Source: Balanoglossus misakiensis (taxonomy: Eukaryota; Animalia; Hemichordata). Taken from it: a stretch of 64,000 nt of DNA. Position 1 is the stretch's first letter. Each line of letters begins with the position of its first letter. Shown piece by piece: positions 34,201 through 46,900 of the stretch. The notes under the pieces are model-generated. The model had not been told where the DNA came from and ran no database searches. It saw only the letters and a list, made by a program, of their open reading frames with translations. The stretch lies in assembly GCA_040954595.2 (NCBI GenBank), contig CM082592.2, forward strand, positions 4,418,735 to 4,482,734. The letters run 5' to 3'. A program made the position numbers and the translations under genes.

Positions 34201-37200
34201 CACTTGTGATTGACATTTTCCAGTGACATCTTGTTCCATGGCAAGCTGCCCTTTCTCTGAACCGTACCCATCCATCAATAACTATACAGCAAGCAATTTC
34301 GTCAAGCTTTGCAGTTTTATGGTGCAAGAGACTAGTCAATGTCTCTCAGCACAAACACGTTTCTTTTTATGACTTGTCCGGGTGTTAAGGACATGTTTTG
34401 CAGCCGAGTTTGAGAATTATTATTTCAGTTTTCAGAATCGCGCTGCTTTCCCCCACAGAGAGTATAAACGTAAAAACTCTTCCATTGCAGACTTTACAAA
34501 CCCATCCTAAACTTGCTAACAAGTTCTTGATGACCTCCAAGTGAGTTTTATGGATTACGTACATGTGCACTCGTTTATGACTTCTTTGCTATCCCAGAGA
34601 TATATACCTCTCACCTAGGGTGCGACACCCCCTTATTATTCCAACAGACTGCAATTATACTCATCCCAAAAAAAGAAAAAAAAACTTGAAGTATCCTTCT
34701 TACAAGGGACAATGTAGAAGGCGGATTTCACATCCACATTTAAAACACATTTATTCTTCTTTTATTCAAATGAGACAATTTTTTCCCCACCCTTTTACGG
34801 TACATCCTAAACAAAGCACCAAGGAATACCCTTGGCCGGCCTTTCTAGACAGGACACCCTTGACCTGTGTTTATAAGGGGGTAGACTTCATGCCTCTTTT
34901 ATCAATAGAGACACCCTCCCTTGTCGCGAATACAGCCCAAATAGATCATGCCCTTTTTTTCCCTCACTGCAACATCTAAGATATACGCATACATGTATAA
35001 AACAGAGGGATCCTGTCAGAGTTAAAATGCAACAGGGCAGGCTGGGTCGGCACTATTAGTATATAGATTATCATCGGTAGATCTGGGCTCCACCAAGGCA
35101 AATATCCACCTCTCCAGTCCATTGAATGAACGGAGCCACGCCAAATCAAACACAACCTCTCATAAACATGAATGGACAGTAACTGTAAGCCCATGCTGCA
35201 GGGCCACAAGTAATAGGTAATGTTCCGTGTGTGCGTTCATAGCATCATGCAAAACCCAGGGTGAAGCAGTTAAAATTCTATTTGTACATATAGAAACGTT
35301 CGGTGCGAGAACTGTGCACGTTGTGTGTCCGTTGGTGTGTCATCCGTAACCTTTGACCTACGCAAGTCCACTTTTCAAATGTAGGTCATCCATTCATGCA
35401 TGCCCCTATACGTAGTTTGCCCAGAGTGCACATGTTCCTGTTGCTACAAGTTCAAGGTTCACTCATTAATATTTACGCTTGGAAGTGGCCTGAATCCTTC
35501 GAAGTTGAATCAGCATTCAAATTTCATAGCTCCAACCTTGGCTGGCTGAGTGTATTTGCAGCAGTCTGAATAGTTAGACTGGTAAACATGCTTGATGCAG
35601 GGCCTATACGCAGTTCAACTAGGAGAGCTTAAACTAAATTCATTCTTTTCGTTTTAAGCCTTAGGTCAGTAGTACCGTTTAAAATGCCACTGCATCAATA
35701 GCCAGTGTACATAACACTTTTGACATTCAGTCTAGCAAGCTAATCTATGTATTATCCATGAACAAGACAAGATTTGCTGTCTTCTTAATCTCTTTGATGC
35801 CTCTGGCAATCCAAAACGTAGAAGACGCAGATGTCATTATCTGTGGTGTGTTTGGCTCTCCATCAGGAGTGTGTTGGATGAGTGCGAGGAAGAAGATGAC
35901 ATTTTGTACAATTCAGGGTAAAAAAATTATGTGGCAGCACATATCAATAAACAAGTCGCAAATAATGTTTGGCATTGCTTGCATATTAATTACCTATTTG
36001 CATATCTAGCAATCTTTGCCTTGTAGCATGTACCGGGACATCATAATAATTGGTCCTGGGGCTGAGAACGGGCAATGATGCAGTGTAATGAATGTTTATG
36101 AGGGATGTTTTTAACAATAACAACCGAGGTTGTCAATTAGTTGAACAGGACAAGAATGTCTTGTAATTGTATGCAGCCACTTGATTTTGATTCTGATTTC
36201 TTACATGTCACCACCAGAAGCAATCACTCAGAAATTGATTTATCATTTTTTTTTTCATTTTCGTTGCTCACACAGACACTCGACGAGACGGAAGAAGATG
36301 TATCGATTTCCCAGTCGCCGATCACAAACTTTGACGACCTACCGGTGACATCCTGCATCGGTACAAGAGTGAAGACGTTTGAAGAGCTGCTTGAAGAAAA
36401 ATTACAACTTGAAGAAGCAACCGTGAGTTCCTTTAGCATCTTTAAGGTAGTATGCGCCTCCTAGACAAAATTTTGGAAAATGATAGTTCTCATCGCTTGT
36501 TTTTATAAAAATAAATTTTCCCTGTGAAGTCGAAACATAGAGAGTGGAGACCATTTTGAATTTCAGAAAATTTAGCTCTCTCATTCAAGATTTTGCACAG
36601 TGACCCCCAATTTTTGTTCTCAATTTTAAGAGAGAATAATCTAAAGTTGCCTTGAGCAAAATAAGCTAAAAAGTTTGAAGAGTGATTTTCGAGCTGGATG
36701 CAATACTACCTTAATGTCTTCAAGTCATTCCATTCTTTGTATTCTGTGGAGGGCACCACAAAAAAGAACAGATTTGTTTAGATGTTGAGAGTTCAATGAC
36801 CTGTACACATTATGACTACATATATCATGTTACGTGAATGAGTCGACCCCATATGGGACTGTGGGATCCCGGCAATGCAACAGGTGACATCGAAAATCAC
36901 CTGTTGTCCTTTCAGATTTTGCTCCCAACAGAGCTTATGCAGACAGTGGCCAGAAAGATGCACCGCTCATTGTCTTGGATTTTAATCCCAGTCTCTGCAA
37001 AGCAAGACGCTGGTCCATCTCGCATTGTTCGCTGTCTTGCAATCATAAACATTTTTATGAGCTTGTCTGAGGAAGCCATTGGTTGCTGACAGTGATAGAC
37101 AAAGCAGTGTCTGAGGCTGTCAAAAGATTTTCACCCACAGGGTTGGAAATTTATTATTATTATTAATCGCAGCGATGACTTCCAAGAAGCAGAATTGACA

Positions 37201-40200
37201 AAAGCGATTGCTTGAAACTGCAGAGAATGTCTTCCAAAGCTTCTTTAGAATTCTACCATTTGAAATCACCACGATTTATCACCGTGTTTTTTGCATCAGC
37301 TGTCCTTTATCTGTAGTTAGCAAAGGAATTGTACCCATTACTGTTAGTGATTTTCCTGCTCAGTTGATATTTTGCGTAACAGAAATAGATCTTCATAGGC
37401 TTTAGTTACTGACATACTGCACTTGTTGAAACGAGAAAAATTAAAAGTTTCCTGGTACAACTCACCAGTCTACTTGCATGCTAATTCACTTCATTTCTAT
37501 AATTCCATTTATATATTCAGCACGCCTGTTTAAGAGGACTTAGCAGTCCCATGCGTGCGGCTTACTATGAAATGATTAATTAACCCTTTCACCCCCAGTT
37601 CCCTCTTTAGAGGTCCAACCTTACTGTATAGATGGGTTTGGACTGAACCGTGGTGGTGAAAGGGTTAACACAACTGCCACTATCGCATTCCAGGGTGCAT
37701 ACAGTCCATCTCCGGACCATTTGCCGACGTCGCGGAAGCCCTTCCTTAGGAAAGGGCACGGGATAGCCAGATTTGGCATGGGCAAGGAACCCTCCAAGAA
37801 GACAAAAGCGTCGCCCGGCCAAAAACCCGTCTCAGGCAAACTCCACTCCAACAAGCCAGAGAGGAGTGGCAGCAGCTCAGAGCGACAAAAACCGAAAACG
37901 CGAAACGAAAAACCTTCGTCCCCAACGAGGAAATCCCGCAACATCTCACCAAAGGTAGGCTGTGTGACCTTTATTGACCTTTGACATCTGTCTGGGTGAA
38001 CCGCTTGGTTTAATGAGAACATGGTCTGATCCCTTACAATAATTAAACTGTTAGCCGCTTCATTACAAAAATCTGTCAAGTCAGTCATGCCGTCCTCTGT
38101 GTACTCATTTGTCATTTTAAGTCGCTTCGAAACACGTGCAGTTTTCTTGACCAATAAAATCCAAATGAATGTTCAAAAGCTAACGAATAAAGTTCAGGTT
38201 CCAAGTCAGAATGTGAGGCAATTGGCGGTAATGAGGGTTTATTGTTGGGAAAATGAAATAGTAGTGGTCCCTATGCTTTGAATCCTCTGGGGAGAAAACA
38301 CTGTCACTGATACAGAACTGAGACAGTGAGCAAAAGATGCTGTGAGCTTTGTTCTCAGTCATTCCTTCCTTCAAACCAACCCTGTTCCATCATGCTATTT
38401 CAGGTATCTCGAAAAGTGGCCGCCAAGACCGCGCCGGATACGGACGGCGTCTTCAAGCACCCACTGCCAATGACACTGAAGCTCAACCCGCAAGGAGGCA
38501 AGCCCCGGAAGCCTGCTACAGTCACGGTCACAAAGGAGGACCGCAAGGCTCTTCCGGAGAATCCGGACAGCACCATGGAAATCTCCTTCCAGAACCGGAT
38601 GAAGGAACTGGAACTGCGGGCAGAGGTGGGTCATGGCATTGAGAATGCACTCGCAGATGGATTATACTCTTCCCCTCCTTCCATCCCCCCCCTGGCAATC
38701 TAAGCTGTCTATATTTTTCATATAATTATTAAGATTGTAAATACAAACAAATCATATTTGTTATCACGCATTGACATATGTAGTCTCTTAAATTGAGAGT
38801 GTAAAAACACTGGCATACATACGAATTGTCTATGACTGCATAGTTTTACAGTATCCCCCCCCCCAAGTCATGCCCCCCCCCCCCCAATGTTCCTACACCA
38901 TTGACCTGGTCTTGTTATTAAATGCAGTGGGTTGAGGAGTTTGAATTTGTGTGGGAGAACTGCCTGTGGAAATGTTCACATTAATCAACAGAGTTGGGTT
39001 TTTTTATTCACAATGTGATTTAACCAAAGTGGAGTCGTAATTATGGGATTTTTTGGCTCAAAGCCTGACACAGCCTGAATATAGGTCAAATAATTGCGAA
39101 TCATACCCATCCATATTCCGTAGAATCATAAGTCAAATGTGGTTCACAAAGACAAACTGAAAACACAGCAAGGCACAGACAGACAAAAAAAAGGCACAAA
39201 ATTCAACAAAATAAAGACATATGGACCTCCGGCCAACAGACCAAGAAGTGCATGATGTCAAAACAAGAACAATGAGAAAAGCCCACTGAACTGAAGAGAC
39301 CTTTCTTGTAATTTCACTGCTTGCAGCGAAATGTCAATACTTGCCCTGACAACAGAGATTTTGCGGTGAAAATATTTCGTCTGGGGGACCTAAAGAGTCT
39401 GTAATGCGCCCCGCAGTAGTCAAGGCGTCAAGAACCACTTGTGAAAGTATTTCTTCTGGCATTCTAGAAATGCCATAAATCGCATGCAAATGTATTCTTT
39501 TTGCATTAGGGGGAGGGGGAAAGTTTGCAGAGATTTAGTTAAATGGCGTATTGTGCAACCCGGCCAAAGAGCACGGTGATTACTGTTTTCTGATGCAAAA
39601 ACAAAGGTTTGCTTTCTTACCGCCCAACAAAGGAGGTCAATGCCAGTTTTGTCGGTGCCTCCAAGGTTCAAAGGCTGCTCCATGGACGCTCCATTCTGTC
39701 GCGCACTTGGCGGAAAATCCCATTTGATAAGAGGATTGCTGCGGTTTTGTGCCTTTCTCCGCTCTGCCCCGTGGCTACACGTCCACCAGAATAGTGTCTG
39801 GGTCAGAATTTTAGCAGAATTCAAATGTGGTTAATTGAGAAAGTGCAGAAACAAACATCCCAAGTGAAATCTGTTCTGCAAACAAGTTGAATTGATGGAG
39901 TTTTAGCAGCGTTAGCCCTCCAGCCTCCGCAAGCAGTTAGAAAGGATATTCTGGTCTTTGAGTTGATTTGGAGAATTTAAAAAATGGCTTGTCTATGATT
40001 TAAACTGGAGAATAGAACAATTGTTGTGCCCATTCTCGAGAAGGATACCTTCATGAGATACTAAACCATAGTGGTGCATAATTAGTATGGCAAAATGGCT
40101 TCTCTGAAGCCATACTGATTTGATGCATTTAACCTTTTGAAACTGCATTTTCTCTGTCAAATTGTGGTGCAACATTTTTACATTTTCACCCATTTTTCTC

Positions 40201-40906
40201 TTAATTTCCTCCCTTAATTTTAAATCAGTTACACGTAAAATTTCCATTGTCCCTCAATCTTGATCAAAAACTGTTACATGAGGGTTGAAAGGGTTAAACT
40301 CTCTCAGACATGAAAAAATAAGTCAGTGCCAAGGGGAGACTCTGAAAACTGTAGCTGTGTCATGTAAACTAACAGTAGCACTAAAAGCAAATCACTCACT
40401 GTAGTAGTTTTTGCTGTCATGTTTACCAAGAAAGTGGGTAGTTTTTTCATAACAGTTATTGGAACAAAAAATGTCCATAGCAGCTGATATTTTAGGAACA
40501 TCAAATTTGTTACAACTTAACAAGCGTCAGGCAGTCCCTGTTAGGACCTGCACTTCAAGAACAGGATAGTAGACACAGTTTCAGGACCAACGGTCCAGTG
40601 TTTTCTTTTTGGTAAACAAAAGAAGGTTGAAGAAAGGTAAACAAAAGCCAGTTGATAATCTAATCAGCATATCAATGTCAGGGAACAAGATTGGAAACCA
40701 TTGGCAGTAATCTATCCCAAAGCCAAGGGGTTTTCAAAAAAAAGTGATTAATTAGAATGTCTGGAGTCTGAACAACGCAAGGGGGAGGCTCAGGGAGGGA
40801 GGGTGTGACAGGAACATGACTATGCTGTGTTGTGTCTTGTTCTGGCAATTGTGTGTATGTGTGTGTGTGTCTGTATGTGTGTGCAGTGGACTGTGTGTAT
40901 GTGTCT

Positions 40907-40943
<37 letters not shown>

Positions 40944-43900
40944 TGCAGTGGATTGTGTGCATGTATGTGAGCAGTTAAATGTGTGCTAGATGCCTGAGAC
41001 AAATATTTACAAGTTATGAATTATTTTCAACACACACCTGTTGATCCAAGAAAACCAGTGTGTAAACTTGATGTGCCCTCTGACTCAGCCGTTGATGAAC
41101 TTCAGTTAATTTCGCACACATGGAATTAACTCATCTATGTTTGTCTGGATCAAGGAACTACACACAGAGTATTATTGTAGTGTTTTCGAAAGGTCATCTC
41201 TGTGCTTAATCTGAAGTACCTTGACTGAATGATGATAACACCCACAAGAGATAAATAAATCCCTATGATTTTATGCATGCACTGACAAGCAGTTACTGCA
41301 CTGTACACATCGGTAGTTTGACACGTACTGCATTGAAAAATTAATAAGCTGAGCACATGTCTGTCGTATGGGGAGAACATCGCTGGTATTAAAGATAAAG
41401 TGTGCCCTCTAAGTCTGCTTGGCTACCTCTGATAAGTGACTCACAATTAGTGTGATGTGGATTAGTTTGTAAGAATTTCCAGAATTCTCATTTTGATTCA
41501 GAAATTATAATTCTGTCTGATGCCTGGAGAGCAGAGTGATCACTGTGCCCATGACAGCAAGAGACCCCCTCCCCGCCTCAGTCATAAGCTGGTATTTTCA
41601 TGCCTCATTGATTTTAAGCCTGGTTGTTTCTGTGTTGTTTTCTAAGTTCTGTTTACCTTTTGGTTTTCGCAGACAGAGCAGCAGGAGCTGGAAGAGTTTG
41701 AGTTACTGGAACGAGCTGCCGACAATGTGTCATTTTCGAGCAATTCCTCCATGGTGGCAAGGTTGCTCAACAAACAGGTATGGTGGGGGTGACGGTTGTA
41801 TTTATAACTTCTGTCTCAGCTTGTGTGTGTATATGTCTGTTGTGCGTGTGTGCATACATACATACATACATACATACATACATACATACATACATACATA
41901 CATACATACATACATACATACATACATACATACATACATACATACATACATACATACATGCATGTGTGTGTATCATCAATGTCTCGATGACTACTGGCCG
42001 AAAGGACTGAAAAAATTTTTCGGTTTCTGGCGGTGTCTGGTTTATAGAGGTTATTTTAACATTGTGGTTCTAACTTCTATGTCAAAGGGACAGGAAAAGA
42101 TGTTTGGTATAGGCAGGTTTCCAGATTAGTGTAGAGAAGTGTACAAGACAGTTGGTGTTGCAGACACTTGAAAAAGTGAATGTTATTGTTGGATAGAATA
42201 TGCTGTATTAACCCTTTCAAGCCTGGCTTTCTGGGAACGTATCCGAATTTCTCCTACATATAGGATATCCGGCCAGAAAGGGTTAATACCTGTTATAATT
42301 AATTTATTTGCCGTTGATAGGCGTGTGTGGCACTGCAATGTTACACAGCCACCCATCAATCATTGAGGATTGGTATCAGACGTTATCTAAAGTTCAGATG
42401 AACTTTCATGCCATGTATCACAGTATTCTCAGAAGAGAGAGATATACCGGAACCCCTACACTCGTGGCAGATTTTGCGAGATATGTCACACTGTAATTTC
42501 AGCACACGCTGTTGTTAGCAGCAGCACAACCTGAAAGGTATTGGTTGCCTGGATACCGACCACTCACATCCCATATCAGCTGGACTTCGGTCAGGGGGGG
42601 ATTAACAGGTAGCCTTATTTATGAGACGGGTGACTTTTGTTGCTTCTGGTGGATGTCAACAACAGTTGCGGTTCTGTTAGAACCGTACCAAATCAGTGGA
42701 TGTATATATTTTCTCAGAAATTTCTCGCGTGCAAAGTTATCTACTGGGAGACCATCAGATCAAGTGCAGATGTCCATTCACCTGACCAGATATGGCTGAG
42801 TGGATTTGACAGTCAAGACCGCCATGGGTCATCCTGGTGTTTGCTTTGTTTGAGATATTCATGTTTTTACTGCCCGGTGTAAAGAAATTAGTAATTGACT
42901 GCCGCGCATTATATGTCAATAATCTGTCTTTGATGCCCTTGCGGCCTGGTGTCGTAAAAATTTTATGAATATCCCCGCATAGGTAGTAAAACACACCTGG
43001 TGATGGAACTTTCACATCGTGCTTTTTCCCTGTCCCGAGGGAAAATTCATCATTTCTCCTGAAATCAAGAGGACCTTGACGATGAAGGGCAATGAAATTA
43101 TGCCTTTCACCCCCCCCCCCCAGTTCCCTATATAGAGGTCCAAACTTAGCAAAGAAAACAACGGGTTTGGACTGAACCATGGTGGTGAAAGGGTTAAGGT
43201 ATCTGTGATTCCCACACCACTGTTGGATAATGTGGTACCAACCCGGAAAACAAAATAATGGAGTCTTCTTGCCTGAGGCAAGTCCTACAAAAGTGTTTCT
43301 TCCAGCGAGACAACTGATATCCATCTTTTTCCCTCTGCCATCCTCCCAATCTGTAAATTTTGAGGAATTTACTAGCAGTGGTTGTAAACGCGTTGTCAGT
43401 TCAAATAGTTGTGGTTGGAGAGTCATAATTTTGCCATTTCGCCTGCACATATAAACACCTTGTTTGTAATGGCAGTGTGTAAAGTGGTAGTCATGATACG
43501 TTTAGTTTCCAATGAACGCATATTAAGAACACCGTGTGTACATCATGTAGGTAACAGGTCGGCGATCTTGCCATTATTCAACACTTCATATCATCACACA
43601 GTAACTACCTGCTGGGCTGAAGTTGAATCGGTTGACCTCTGTGATGGAGGTCAAGAGTCTTGATTCAATAAATCCCTCGGCTACCAGGCAGCCAGTCACC
43701 AGCCAAAGGCTAATCTCTCCCACAAGGCTTGGTGTAATAAACTTCACAGGGCTGTGCGCAGACAGACTGGCAGTTGATTTGGAATCAAATTTGCAGTGAG
43801 GTTTTTATGGTGATGTGGTTGGTTGGGATGCTGTGGTGAAATGAAAATTTGAAATATGCATTTAACAAGGTAGTAAATAATAGTACTGTACATGTACTAT

Positions 43901-46900
43901 TAGAATTTATGTTGGACCTTTAGCTTGTGTATGCTAAGAGTTGTTCATCTTTCATGATTAAAGGGTCGCTGTTTTGTCCTTGTCTTTGTCGTTGTGCATA
44001 TTTTGGTGAGAACAGCGTCTGACTGGTCTGTACATGTAATTCACATCATTGTATGTACAAAGCAGCGAAGTAAATGGCAAATGAGAAAGATGGGTGTGTG
44101 ATACACACGTATGCTTGCACGCACACACGCGCGAACACACACACACACCTTTTTAAATCATTGTCAATACAGCCAGGAAGTAGCTGGGAGATGATGACAC
44201 ACAGTGATTGTTGTCTGTTCATCTTCAGAAACCCACGACAAAAGCCAGTACCATTGAGGAAATAGTGGACCAGGATGATGGACGGGAAGACAGTTTGCAG
44301 GAAAAGACTTTAGGAGAAGACGAGTCTGAAGCATCGCCAAATGCAACAAAGGATGACGGTGATTCACCGACAGAGGACGAGGAGGATGATAATGATGATG
44401 ATGATGAAAATGACGATAATGATAGAACTTTAGAAGCGAAAAGGAAAGTAAACTCAGCGGGAAGAGAGACTTCTCATATTGACTTTAACGATGATGAAAG
44501 CTGGGGTGATTTCAGTCAGGATGTTAAAGATAGTGAGGAGGAAGAGGAGGAGGATGAGTCTGAGGAGGAAGGAAGCAGTGACCATGACGACAGGAAAGAT
44601 GATGAAAGCATTATTGCTGGGTCTGTGCCTCTTGTGACGTCGACCCCTCCTGTCAGGAAATTAGCATCACACGGTAAGCTGGTTGTCAGTTTGATCGCTT
44701 TTGCCATATGGATACCTTGAAGTCATTCATTACTTTGCACAGTCAGCTATGTGCACAAGAGTTGCCTGAGCAAATTAGAAAAATACAGCATAGTCTGTTC
44801 ACATGCTTCTGTATTCTGGGAATATTCCGTGATTGTGAGTGGAATCATGTACCTCATTAATATTAAGGATATGCAATCAGTAATGTTCGAAGTATTGTCA
44901 TTTCTGCATGCTTATGTGAACTTGGTCATTCATTCAATAGATCCATTGTGAATCTGGTGACTGGTAGTGCAGTATTGAGTCTTGTATCATGTGAATGTAA
45001 CTCACAAACAGTGTATAAAATGGCATTTCTTGGATGTGTACTGCAACAGTTTCCTAGGCAGTTGACAGAAAAAAATAAACAGAGTGGTATTTCTGGAGTG
45101 ACTTTTTTCAAATACTGCACTTCCGGTATACAGTCAACATAGCGAGCATGCGAGATTTGCAATGGGTGACTATAATCCGTATCTGTTTATGTCGTTTTTG
45201 TTTTGGATAGATTCAAAATCGGTAATCACCAAAGAGACACTAAAGGACCAGTCATCGACGCCGCCCACATCGCTGCTGATGACGAAACTGTTCCCACAAC
45301 TGAAACCTGTCGTTCCCAAGGAAACTGACAAACAACAACAACAACAACAACAAAGGCAGCTGCAAGGTGCGAATGAAAGACCTCTGGGAGACGGGGTACA
45401 GTCCAAACTATTGAAAGACAAGTTAGCTGAACTAGAAACGGAAATCGAGAGATTTCGGGCGGAGAACGCCATGCTGTTGAAACTCAGGGAAGACAGGGAA
45501 AAGGTGAGAGTTTTTATTTCTGATTGCCGTCAACCAGTGCTGCGAGTTCACTCTTCCATCATACTGAGCGAGATTGTGGCTTTACAAAATTTAAGTTGGT
45601 GTAATTGCTTTAAAGTGAAGGGGACATCAAATTGAAACAATGTTTACAAATGTCTTCCCCAGGCAATGAAAGGCTTGCAGAAAGAAATGAAAGATTTTGA
45701 AAAGTATAAAAACGACGAACTGCAGAGGTTGGAAGAACTCAAAGAAGAGCAGTTGAAAAAGCTGAAGAAAGAGAAGAAAACTTTTGAGAAATACCAGAAG
45801 GCAGCGCGGGCAATGCCAGACAAGAAAGAAAGGGAAGAAATTGAGTTTCTGAAACAACAGGTAAGAAACAAATGCGACTTTTTATAATAAAGTTTAGAAT
45901 GTAGGGGGCAACTGGTATCCGCCATTGTCAGCAGAAGTGTTAGACACATCTTTTGACCATATATGGGAATACATTTTAACTGTATATGGGCATATCTTTT
46001 GACCATATTTAGGCATACTGACCATATACATGTATGGGAAAATCTTTTAACCATATAAAGACATATCTCTTACCATATATGGGCATATATTTGAATCATA
46101 TATGGGCATATCTTTTGACCATATATGGGTATATGTAAATTAGGAAAGATTGTATCCCTTTGAACCTTCACCAGGTCAGTGAACTGCAGGAGGAGATGCA
46201 CAGGAAAGAAGCCAGGTGGACAAGCAGCAGTACCCGGCTTCGAAATAAAGTGGAGGCTCTTGAAAAAGAAAACCAGGAAATGAAAGATGAGATTCAGGTT
46301 CTGGAGAAAAGGCGACTGGATGCGTGGAAAAGGGACAGTTCGTCCAGGGTGAGTGGGAGAGATTTACGTCAGCTCCTGTATTAACCCTTTTCACCGCTAT
46401 GGTTCAGTCTCAAACCTATTGTTTTCTATGATAAGGTTGGACCTCTAAAGAGGGAACTGGGGGTGAAGGCGTTAGACGCTGAAAAACAGGCTGAGAAAGT
46501 GACTGTTTTGATAAATGCGACAATCAAAAGTGCTGGACTATTTGCTCTTTCTGTTAATTTTAACTAGTCCCATGTTATTTACAAAATATGACCATAAATA
46601 GAGAAGGGCTTCGTGCATGCGTTGCATTGAACAAAGCCTGAGTACATTCAACCAATGCACTCATTGAATTCTTTGGTATCACCTTAAAGTTATTTTCAAG
46701 TATGATCCAAATGGAGTGAGATACACTGTGAATGGTTGCATCAACATTTGAATTCTTGTATTCTTGTATTTGATATCAAGGGGAAAGAAAAACCAAGCAA
46801 AAAGTCCACAAGCAGGGAGAAGCATCAGGACACACCAAGAAAAGACAACAACAGCCCAGGCAAAGTGAACGATGCCGAACACACCAAATCTACCTCACCG

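Noticed and set aside
37621-38154. 177-aa antisense ORF (likewise 22154-22540, 45170-45472 and 49854-50279)
   Set aside because: Shadow frames opposite GC-rich CENPJ exons.
42755-43450. Longest ORF in the track (231 aa, minus strand) as a nested gene or transposase
   Set aside because: It runs through a MITE and poly-G tract and has no recognisable domain or DDE motif; likely a chance ORF.
45946-46135. Regularly spaced ~23-bp repeats as a CRISPR-like array
   Set aside because: Head-to-tail diverged units without unique spacers, inside an animal intron, with no cas genes: a minisatellite.
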